Shown: positions 1 through 9,498 of the stretch, piece by piece
Position numbering within the stretch: the stretch's first letter is position 1
Layout of the letters: every line of letters begins with the position of its first letter
Assembly (NCBI RefSeq): GCF_006345805.1
Contig: NC_043015.1
Location: forward strand, 28,706,001-28,770,000
DNA from: Octopus sinensis
Lineage: Eukaryota
DNA length: 64,000 bases
Reading direction: 5' to 3'
The notes under the pieces: model-generated
Seen by the model: the letters and a program-made list of their open reading frames with translations, nothing else
Told to the model about the DNA's origin: nothing
Database searches by the model: none
Program-made: the position numbers and the translations under genes

Positions 1-16
1 GTTTTCCTTTAGTTGG

Positions 17-904
17 ATTGATTTCATTGGGAAGAATTACAAACATACTAAATGCTTTTCCTATATAAGGTAACTCAACAACTGTAGAGCTGTTGCTTAT
101 TTTTGTGCTAAAATTGTCTTTCTAGATGATGTTGCTTTTTATAGGAATATTTTATGCCATATTCTTTTCAAGTACACAGCATTAATAAGAACTAGAACCG
201 ACTGAGGTGTCAACTTCAAATTGTTAGGAGATCGGTAATTATGTTATTTGTGTTATTTTCAGCACAATCATTAAAACTGCTTTCAAATTTTGGTGCAAGG
301 CCAGCAATTTAATTGTAGGGGTAAATCAATTACAGCAACACAAGTGCTCAATTGGTACTTATTTTGTCAAACCCTAAAGGATGACAATGTCAACTCCAGA
401 ATGTCAAGATGGACAAATTGCTACTAAGTATTTTGCCCAGCATACTAACAATTCTAGCATCTTGTTGTCTTACAACATTGTAATTAATATTAATTCTTCC
501 TTTTCCAATATTTGTCATGAAGTCTACATTTTCAATATCTGAAAAGAAATTTTTTGCAATAATGTTCTTTTAGTCTCCTGAAATACGAAATTTTTCATTG
601 GCACTAAAACAATTGACTGAATTCAATGCAATAAGTTCATCTGAGTGTTTCAAAAGTGAAAAATATTCTTTAAAACCTCAAATTACAGGATCTGTATTTA
701 AAGTTATTTTCAAAATATTTTCAATTGTTTGGCAGAGTTTTGTCTTGCTCCAGAATAAACCATTGATAAAACGGTAGCAACATTGAATGGTGACATGAAA
801 ACATTTTCAACGGTTCCTGTAGACACAGCTTGAAAAAGACTCTTTGTACAATAATCAACTGAAGCAGCGAGGTTACCGAAGTCTTGTTTCTTTGCTTAGT
901 CCAT
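17..904 (-). pseudogene. Serpin pseudogene (older, inverted copy, truncated)
   Basis: Reverse complement aligns to the intact serpins from ATG (904-902). Codon 3 is TAA (MD*), with further in-frame stops, a 208-bp insertion (275-482), a ~50-bp deletion near 118, and homology ending at ~17 after ...LPNEIN. Confidence 0.9.
275..482 (-). mobile_element. Decayed SINE (family B-like) inserted in serpin pseudogene
   Basis: Interrupts the serpin alignment, is flanked by ATTAA at 270-274 and 483-487 (target duplication), and contains the GGTACTTATTTT...AGGATG core seen in family B. Confidence 0.7.
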
Positions 905-1175
905 ATTATTTCCGTGGCATCTAAAGAATATACAATATGAAGAGATGAAATGCAAAAGAATTTCCTGAAAAACAGTTCCTGTTCAATATTTCAAGAGAGT
1001 GTAAAACACACTAATGTGATCTAAGAATTCTGTATGAAAATGGTCTGAAATGATTTATGCAAAAACCCAAATTTTATTGTTTCCTAACTGTATTCTAAAT
1101 GTGATACATAATGTTCAAATCTATTTTGTAAATAATCACCGTATTTAAGCTAAAACATTTCAACATCATTTTAAG

Positions 1176-1432
1176 GTATGTGCCAAATGCCACATAAAGA
1201 ATGGAAGAAAGAAATGGTTATATTATTAAATCTTATAAATTTTTAATTATTTTAAAATCTATTTAAATCATATTGAGTGTTACCGTACAAAATATGTTCA
1301 TGTAAAAGTTAAATTTAAAGTTTGAACAGAAGAGATTTCAGACATTGCTTTCATAGATGTCTTCTACAATATACTGAAATGTTTGCCAGAATTTATTTTG
1401 TATATTTTCTTTTCATATTCTATATTCTCTAG
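1176..1432 (+). other. Putative 5' UTR intron of serpin (GTATGT...TTCTCTAG)
   Basis: A polypyrimidine tract plus AG sits 17 nt before the ATG, and an equivalent acceptor precedes every serpin copy. The donor AAG/GTATGT at 1176 is my guess. Confidence 0.45.
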
Positions 1433-1449
1433 ACACTATCGTATACGAT

Positions 1450-2603
1450 ATGGACTCAGCAGAGAAACAAGACATCGGTAACCTTGCTGCTTCAATTGAT
1501 TATTTTACAAACAGTCTTTATCAAGCTGTGGCTACAGGAACCAATGAAAATGTCTTCATGTCACCATTCAGTGTTGCTACTGTTTTATCAATGGTTTATT
1601 TGGGAGCAAGACAAAACTCTGCCAAACAGTTTGAAAATGTTTTGAAGATAACATCAAATCCAGATTCTGTAGCTTTGGCTTTTAAAGAATATTTTTCACT
1701 TTTGAAAAACTCAGATAAACTTGTCACATTCAATTCAGTGAATCGTTTGTATGCCAGTGAAAAATTCCCTATTTCAGAAGACTACAAGAACAACATGGTA
1801 AAATATTTCTTTTCAGATATTGAAAATGTAGACTTCATAACAAATGCTGAGAAGACAAGAATTACTATTAATGATTGGGTTAAGAATAACACAAATGACA
1901 AAATTACCGATCTGTTACCAAGTGGAAGTGTGACACCTCAGTCGGTTCTAGTTCTTATTAATGCTGTATACTTCAAAGGAATGTGAGCTGAAAAATTCCC
2001 AGAACAAGCAACATCATCTAGAAAGTTTTATTTAAGCTCTGACAAGACTGTATCTCATGATTTTATGTATATATCTGAAGATTTTAATACAAAAATACGC
2101 AACAACTATAAAGTTGTTGAGTTACTTTATATAGGAAAAGCATTTAGTATGTTTGTAATTCTTCCCAATGAAATCAATGGTCTTGCTGCTTTAGAGAAGG
2201 AGATTAATGCTCAATTTCTCAAAGACATTGTTGACAGAAAAGGATTTAAAATGATGCTTCTAGAATTAAATATGCCAAAATTTCATTAGAGAGTAGTTTT
2301 AAGTTGGGTGATGTTTTGAAAAAGCTTGGACTCCCTGATATTTTTGATCCTCTAAAAGCTGATTTATCTGGGATGACTGGTGGTGAGAAGAATATTTATG
2401 CCAGTGAAATGTTTCATAAAGCATTTGTTGATGTTAATGAAGAAGGAACGGAAGCTGCTGCTGCAAGTGGAATGGTGGTCTCAAATTATATGTCGAGAAT
2501 TGGGATGCAATTTGATGTCAATCACCCATTCACGTTTTTAGTTGTTGATGACCGAACTAAAATGATCCATTTCATTGGTAAAGTAACAGATCCTACAACA
2601 TGA
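1450..2603 (+). pseudogene. Serpin pseudogene (young; two lesions), RCL GMVVSNY-MS
   Basis: ORF pieces 1450-1986, 2065-2289 and 2304-2603 give a full serpin. W179 TGG is TGA at 1984-1986, and there is a 1-nt deletion near 2287 (TTTCATTAG vs TTTCGTTTAG). Hinge EEGTEAAAA and FDVNHPF are intact. Confidence 0.92.
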
Positions 2604-3149
2604 GATGATATTGCCCTGTCAAAGATTTCCCTCTTAGGGAATACTACATTGTATTATGTGGAGAATGTAACTGAACAAATTTATTTAGAATGGTTTTTTT
2701 AGTAAAATGACTTAGGACATCATAATTGTAACTGTGTAGAACCAAGGTCATATCTATTCAATGATATATTATAATACCACATTAATCTAAATCAATATTA
2801 TGAATTTGTATATGCCATACATTGACAGAAAATTTTGACACTTTTTAAAGTATCCTTTCTTTGCAAGTTTACTATTTTAACAATATATCTACTGTTGCCT
2901 GTAAACGTTATTTTCTGGTTGAATGAAGTGAAATCAATATTTGTATGCTTCATATTAATAAAGTATCTCAGTAAATATTCCATTATTTTGTATGTGTTCA
3001 TTGCATCTGGCTTTTATATTCTTTGTTTTAAATTTAGACATTCGAAATTTTTAAGCCCCCGTGTTCACCCTTCGTAATTATGTCTTGGATCTTGATAAAA
3101 TAATTACATTGTTTCAATAATTGTGGCATTACAAAACTTTTACACACCC

Positions 3150-3381
3150 GCATCGGTTGTCAAGCAATGCTAGGGGGACAAACACAGACACACAAACACA
3201 CACATACATATATATATACGACAGGCTTCTTTCAGTTTCCGTCTACCAAATCCACTCACACAGCATTGGTCGGCCCGGGGCTATAGCAGAAGACATTTGC
3301 CCAAGATGCCACACAGTGGGTTGAACCCGGAACCATGTGGTTGGTTAACAAGCTACTTACCACACAGCCACACCTACGCCT
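3150..3381 (-). mobile_element. SINE family A (tRNA-head composite with internal (TA)n(TG)n), partial
   Basis: Matches the ~430-480 bp element repeated about 20 times in the window (A-box TGGCTGTGTGGT, B-box GGTTCAGTCCC). Confidence 0.8.
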
Positions 3382-3563
3382 AATATTCCATTGTTCTCAG
3401 TTCATCTATTATCTGATAATTGTTTGGAGATTTTTAACATTCATAAATCCAACAAGTTATTTTATTCTTGTTTTGTTTTTCATCTAATTTTTTTGAAGCA
3501 GAATTACTCAACGTCCTTCATACTAACTCAACATTTTGAAATATTTATACAGAAATATATATA

Positions 3564-3940
3564 GGCGCAGAGTGGCTGTGTGGTAAGTAGCTTGCTAACC
3601 AAGCACATGGTTCCGGGTTGGGCAAGTGTCTTCTGCTATAGCCCCGGGCCGACCAATGCCTTGTGGGTGGATTTGGTAGACGGAAACTGAAAGAAGCCTG
3701 TCGTATATATGTATGTGTGTGTATATGTTTGTGTGTCTGTGTTTGTCCATCTAGCATTGCTTGACAACCGATGCTGGTGTGTTTACGTCCCCGTCACTTA
3801 GCGGTTCGGCAAAAAGAGACTGATAGAATAAGTACTGGGCATACAAAGAATAATTCCCGGGGTCGATTTGCTCGACTAAAGGCGGTGCTCCAGCATGGCC
3901 GCAGTCAAATGACTGAAACAAGTAAAAGAGTAAAAGAGAG
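3564..3940 (+). mobile_element. SINE family A
   Basis: Head GGCGCAGAGTGGCTGTGTGG through tail GAAACAAGTAAAAGAG. Confidence 0.85.
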
Positions 3941-4391
3941 AGTAACTCATAATAAAAATATGCATGCATGAGTGTGTGTGTGTGTGTGTGTACGTGTACA
4001 TGCATGCATGTATTTGTGTGTGTGTATATCTCTCCTATAACATCATGATTCTCTCTCACACACTGTCTTGCAACACAAAACACTTTAAGTCTTTGGTCCT
4101 CACGACACAGAACATTGACAAATTTTTTTCTTATCTGCTTCCCCTCTGACTAAGTAAACCTGTCTCCTATTTTCCCTTCTGGCGATCTGATACATTTCCC
4201 TGCTACCACCGTTCTTCCAGTCTTTCCATGCCTGTTTCTTTTCCCTAATGACCCTGTCAACTACATTGTTCCACCACCATGTTTCCTTGGGATGAAAGGG
4301 GACTTTGCACCATCTAGAGATCTAGTCAGTAGCCTCAAATGTTTATACAAATTTATTTTGTATATTTCTCTTCATATTCTATATTCTCCAG

Positions 4392-4567
4392 ATACGACTA
4401 TATACGAAGGAACGGAAGCTGCTGCTGCAAGTGGAATGGTGGTCTCAAATTATATGTCGATAATTGGGATGCAATTTGATGTCAATCACCCATTCACGTT
4501 TTTAGTTGTTGATGACCGAACTAAAATGATCCATTTCATTGGTAAAGTAACAAACCCCACGATATAG
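4392..4567 (+). pseudogene. Internally deleted serpin: acceptor/5' UTR fused directly to RCL-C-terminus
   Basis: TTCTCCAG-ATACGACTATATACGA joins AGGAACGGAAGCT (EGTEAAAASGMVVSNYMSIIGMQFDVNHPF...NPTI*). About 1 kb of CDS is missing, with GA microhomology at 4406-4407. Serpin 3' flank follows (4568-4740, 5900-6080, 6520-6710). Confidence 0.9.
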
Positions 4568-4782
4568 ATGATATTGTCTTGTCAAAGATTTTTCTCTTAT
4601 GGGATACTAGATTGTATTATGTAGACAACGTAACTCAGCAAATCCATTTACAATATTTTTGAGTAGAATGACTTAAACCATTATAGTTGTAATTGTGCAG
4701 AACCATGGACATATCTATGCAATGAAAGATTATAAGAATAGTTTTAATTTAGTTCTATATTTAAGAGATGAGGAATTAAATA

Positions 4783-4926
4783 CATTATTTACAATTGATG
4801 GATATTTGTCCTCATCTTGTTTGTTATTAACACAATGATTCGGCTGATATACCCTCCAGCCTTCATCAGGTGTCTTCGGGAAATTTCGAACCTGGGCTCT
4901 CATTCCTAAGGTATTTTGCGATTTTG

Positions 4927-4967
<41 letters not shown>

Positions 4968-5512
4968 GAGTGAGAGAGTAGTGCATGCCATCAAAGTGAT
5001 ACTAGTGTAGAATATACGAAGCCCAGTATACCCATCATGACTACCCGTCTGATAAGGGTACACTAGGCACATGCATCACAACCATATGTGTGCGACATGG
5101 TGATCTCATATCAAGATCAACAGCACATGACCTTGCAGGTGGGGCCCACTTAGAATTTTCTTCTGGTCGAGTAGCCCATCCAGCTCAAAAGGTCCCTGAA
5201 TAAGGGTTGTTTAAGGATGTTGAACGAAACACCCATGTTTCCAGAGGTGAATTATTCAAACCCTGAAGAGTCCCTCTCAACACATGGCTATGATGCTCCC
5301 CCACTACTTCTGCTCGTAATCAGAGATGCACATATCATCAGCCACTAAGGGACATGATCAACTGGTTGAGGTCAAACAACTGACAAGCAAATCTGTGGTA
5401 TTGAGCAGAATATTTTTGTAAGCCAATCTTTCATACCAAGACAAAACAATGTACATGATAACACTTCCAATCAGTTAAGATGAGAAGCCATGAGAGCCAC
5501 TGCCTGGTACTG

Positions 5513-5560
<48 letters not shown>

Positions 5561-5677
5561 GATTATTATTATTATTATTACTATTATTATTATCATTATT
5601 TAGGTCACTGCCTGGAATCGAACTCGGAATCTTGGAGTTAGTAGCCTGTGCTCTTAACGACTACGCCATATGCCCAC
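4783..5677 (-). mobile_element. tRNA(Ser)-headed SINE with hammerhead-like tail, copy 1 (split by 550-bp insert)
   Basis: Minus strand: GTGGGCATATGGCGTAGTCGTTAAG...CTACTAA...GTTCGATTCC head (5677-5602), then (AAT)n, then a body containing GACAC-CTGATGA-A-GGCTG...CAGCC-GAA (4874-4829). Confidence 0.6.
4965..5513. repeat. ~550-bp interspersed repeat bounded by (ATT)n; further copies at 31095-31555 and 31585-31668
   Basis: GAGTGAGAGAG...CATGCCATCAAAGTG...CAAGCAAATCTGTGGT is near-identical to the copy at 31.1 kb. Confidence 0.8.
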
Positions 5678-5889
5678 GTTCAATTCCAGGCAGTGGCCTG
5701 AATAATGATGATGATGATGATGATGATGATAACAACAACAGCAACATCGAAAAATACCTTAGGAATGAGAACCCAGGTTCGAAATTTCCCCAAGACACCT
5801 GATGAATGCTAGATAGAATATCAGCTGAAATGTGTTAACAACAAACAAGATGAGGACAAATTCTTGTCAATTGTAAATAACGTAAATAA
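5678..5889 (+). mobile_element. Same hammerhead-tailed SINE, copy 2 (head truncated), head-to-head with copy 1
   Basis: GTTCAATTCCAGGCAGTGGCCTG + (AAT/GAT/AAC)n + body with GACAC-CTGATGA...CAGC-T-GAAA-T-GTGTT (5794-5836); reverse complement of 4783-4925. Confidence 0.6.
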
Positions 5890-6110
5890 GTTTTAATTTT
5901 AATCAACATTATCAATTTGTATGTGTTGTACATTTACGGAAAGATATTACACTCTTGAACGTATCTTTTATTATTTTAACAATATACTTATTGTTGCCTG
6001 TAAACGTTATTTACTTATTGAATAAAGTGAAATCAATGCTTGTAAGTTTTATTTCTGTTTATATTAATAAAGCATCTCAGTAAATATTTAATCATTATTC
6101 TCTTTTTTCT

Positions 6111-6513
6111 CTCTTTTACTCTTTTACTTGTTTCAGTCATTTGACTGCGGCTATGCTGGAGCACCGCCTTTAGTCGAGCAAATCGACCCCAGGACTTATT
6201 CTTTGTAAGCCCAGTACTTATTCTATCGGTCTCTTTTGCCGGACCGCTAAGTGACGGGGACGTAAACACACCATGCTAGGGGGACAAACACACAGACACA
6301 CAAACACACACACACACACATACATACATATACATATATATACATATATACGACAGGCTTCTTTCAGTTTCCGTCTACCAAATCCACTCACAAGGTATTG
6401 GTCGGCCCGGGGCTATAGCAGAAGACACTTGCCCAAGATGCCAGCAGTGGGACTGAACCCGGAACCATGTGGCTGGTTAGCAAGCTACTTACCACACAGC
6501 CACTCCTGCGCCT
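6111..6513 (-). mobile_element. SINE family A
   Basis: Full reverse-complement copy inserted into the 3' flank of the deleted serpin. Confidence 0.85.
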
Positions 6514-7059
6514 ATGTATGTGTTAATTGCATCTGGCTTTTATTTTCTTTTAAATATAGACATTTGAAATTCTTGAGCCCTCATATTAACCTCAGGGATT
6601 TTAGTCTTGGATCTTGATTGAAGAATTCCATTGATTCTGTAATTTTGATGTTACAAAACTTTTGAAAAGTTAACAGCCAACACACTATATACATATAAAT
6701 ACCATGCATATGTCTAATTAATGCACTGTCTAATTAATAATTATTTCAAATTTTTGCCACAAGTGCAGCTTGAGGAGTCGGTATCAAGTCGATTACACTG
6801 ACCCCAGTGTACCACCGGTATTTATTTTATTGACCCCCAACAGAATGAAATGCAAAGTCGACCTCGGTGGAATTAGAACTCAGAATGTAGTGACAGGCGA
6901 AATACCAAACATTTCCCCTGGCACGTTAATGATTCTGCTAGCTCACTGCCTTAATTGCCGAATTAGTAATGTAGCAAAGTTGGCATTCTCAAAATAACAG
7001 AGAGAATGATTAATATATATTCTGGAGTGTTCTGTCTATAAGTGGAACAAGAATCATCA

Positions 7060-7420
7060 TCATCATCGTTTAACGTCCACTTTCCATGCTAGCATGGATT
7101 GGACAATTTGACTGAGGTCTGGTGAACCAGATGGCTGCACGAGGCTCCAATCTGATCTGCCAAAGTTTCTACAGCTGGATGCCCTTCCTAATGCCAACCA
7201 CTCCGAGAGTGTAGTGGGTACTCTTACATGCCACTGGCACAAGGGCCAGTCAAGTGGTACTGGCAACGGCCATGCTCAAATAGTGTTTTTTACGTGCCAC
7301 CTACACAGGTGCCAGTCCAGCAGCACTGGTAACGACCTTGCTTGAATGTTTTTTCATGTGCCAGTAAGGGCAACGCTGGCAACAATCACACTCAAAGGGT
7401 GCTTTTTACGTGCCGCCGGA
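7060..7420 (-). mobile_element. SINE family C ((GAT)n tail, internal ~58-bp VNTR)
   Basis: (CAT)n-CGTTTAACGTCC...GCTAGCATGG...GATGCCCTTCCTAATGCCAACCACTCC motif shared by about 12 copies in the window. Confidence 0.75.
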
Positions 7421-7769
7421 ACGGAAGGCAGTTTGCTGCTCTGGCAACGATCACACTTGTGTTCATTAATTATTTACTTAATTATTTTCTTAATTAATTA
7501 TTTACATGTGTTCATTAATTATTTACTTATTTCATGCATATATTGCTCCATATTATAAAAGAAGTTCGGGCGAGTATTAGTTAATGATTTTCCTTGCTAG
7601 TTGAAAAAAATATCTTTATTTATTACTAGCATTATGACCCATTATTGCCGGGTCATAGTGCTAGTGCATGTATATATGTGTATATATGTGTACATATTAC
7701 ATGTACATCTATATATATACATCTACACATAAAATACAAAATACAAAGTTATATCTTGATATCGCTAGT

Positions 7770-8340
7770 GATAACAACATTCAAAATATATAACAGACTG
7801 GAATTGTAGGCTTGTCTCTTGCAATTTCGATCAATTGTATCTTGTCCTCCCTCTTGTATAGCAGTGTGGCTACAATCCAGCCTACCTCTACTTCTGGGGG
7901 ACATTTTTAATTTTCATCTGGGACGTCCTACGTCCCAGATATAAAGGTAAAATAAAATATTTCCACTTTGCAAGGTTCGAGTCAAGTACTCCCTTGCACG
8001 CTCCGTTGACTCGAACCTTGCTTCTATTGTTGTGAATTTACTGCCTCTGGTTAGATATCTTTCATAGTCGCACCAAGACACTTTACGATGGTGCTTTCCT
8101 CCAGGTGTTCAAATCTTTTTTTTCTCTACATTGTATACTTTATAGACAATAGTCTTTTCTTTAATTTAATTTTTTATTTCGTTTGGTGGTGTTATCCTAG
8201 ATTCACCATCTTTGTCTGTGATCAATCCGAAATAGGTTTGTATTTCTTCCATTTTAATTTTAATGAGGTCGCGCCCGCCGACGGCTGCAGCGAAATTCAT
8301 TTTTGGACTTTCTTCTATCGAAGGCATTCTAACAAAAATG
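7770..8340 (-). pseudogene. Possible decayed LINE ORF1-like remnant
   Basis: Broken minus-strand reading MPSIEESPKMNFAAAVGGRDLIKI...KCPPEVEVGWIVATLL; resemblance to LINE ORF1 is from recall only. Confidence 0.3.
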
Positions 8341-9016
8341 CTTCCGTATAAACAGTGAAAATATTGTCAATTTCCCCAAACAGGGACACAATTCAATTTT
8401 TAAACAATAACCAAAGCCCCTTTTCCCAAAGAAGGAGGGTTACAGTTTACAATTATTTAACAAATGTAACACAACAACGTTTCCCTTACTAGGAACCAAC
8501 AAACGTGATAACAATAAACAATAATAATAATAATAACAACAATCCTTACGGTGAATCAAAAAGCAGTACGCAGTTGAAGCTATGGTCTTTTATGTATAAA
8601 AAAATAAACCAACAGCAGTACTCAGTAGTAGTGGCTGTTCGAGAAAACAGACATTACATGCAGCCAAACTTAATGCTAGCTAATTAGCAAATAATCTAAT
8701 GTAAAAGCCGTGGTAAATGGTATGTGCACAGCTCCATCTGGGCTATTCCAATACTGCACACTAATTTTATTTTTGAGTTATTCCCATTCATGTGAAATCA
8801 CTTATTCAAGTTCAAGTCATTGATGCAGTTTTATACCAACTGCTATTTTTACTTTTGTTATGTTACGATTATATTATACTTTAGTTTGATTGTAATTATT
8901 ACTTACTGCATATAATTCAATTGTTATTATTATCTCTAACTTTTATTGTTAAAGTGAAAGTATCTGACATAAAATAGAGAAATGTTTTTGTTTCACTTTT
9001 AACACGTAACACTGAA

Positions 9017-9498
9017 ATAGTGGAGAAGATATGATATTGCTATGGGCTCGCTCTAGGCAAGAAGTTGAACATTTTTTTGCCCATGAAACTACATGGACCC
9101 TAAGTAAGGCATGTGTATAATTTGAATGAAATTGGTTATGTACTTTTCAAGTTTAGGGAATCATAGTGGAGAAGATATGATATTGCTATGGGCTCGCCCG
9201 AGGCAAGAAGTTGAACATTTTTTTGCCCATTAAAAAAACATGGACCCTGATTAAGGCATGTGTAAAATTTGAATGAAATTGGTTATGTAGTTCTCAAGTT
9301 TTAGGGAATCATAGTGGAGAACATATGATATTGCTATGGGCTCGCCCAAGGCAAGAAGTTGAACATTTTTTTTGCCCATTAAAAAACATGGACCCTAAGT
9401 AAGGCATGTGTAAAATTTGAATGAAATTGGTTATGTAGTTCTCAACTTTTAGGGAAACACAGACAGACACACGTTCTCAGTTTTATATAGAGAGAGAT
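9017..9498 (-). mobile_element. Helitron-like 5' end with 3 x ~147-bp tandem minisatellite
   Basis: Units ATAGTGGAGAAGATATGATATTGCTATGGG start at 9017, 9163 and 9311. Minus-strand end TCTCTCTCTATATAAAACTG...GTCTGTCTGTG matches the other Helitron-like 5' ends. Confidence 0.6.

Noticed and set aside
2798-3077. Conserved 80-aa ORFs downstream of each serpin (also 16360, 24009)
   Set aside because: Present only because the AT-rich 3' flank was duplicated with the genes; no ATG start in the + frame and no recognisable domain.
3121-4149. Recurrent short ORFs such as MLGGQTQTHKH... and [25 protein letters not shown]
   Set aside because: Reading frames of SINE family A, repeated across about 20 copies; no evidence of a protein family.
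4292-4567. Manduca/Drosophila-style mutually exclusive RCL exon spliced onto the upstream serpin
   Set aside because: No plausible phase-1 GT donor before the hinge in the 1450 CDS; the acceptor is simply the normal pre-ATG acceptor juxtaposed by a deletion, and the upstream gene is disabled.
5602-5677. Functional tRNA gene
   Set aside because: Has A/B boxes and an anticodon-like loop but no acceptor stem, and continues into a SINE body; the same applies to the other tRNA-like heads.
9017-9456. CRISPR-like array (also 45127-45863)
   Set aside because: Plain tandem repeats without unique spacers, in a eukaryotic context with no cas genes.
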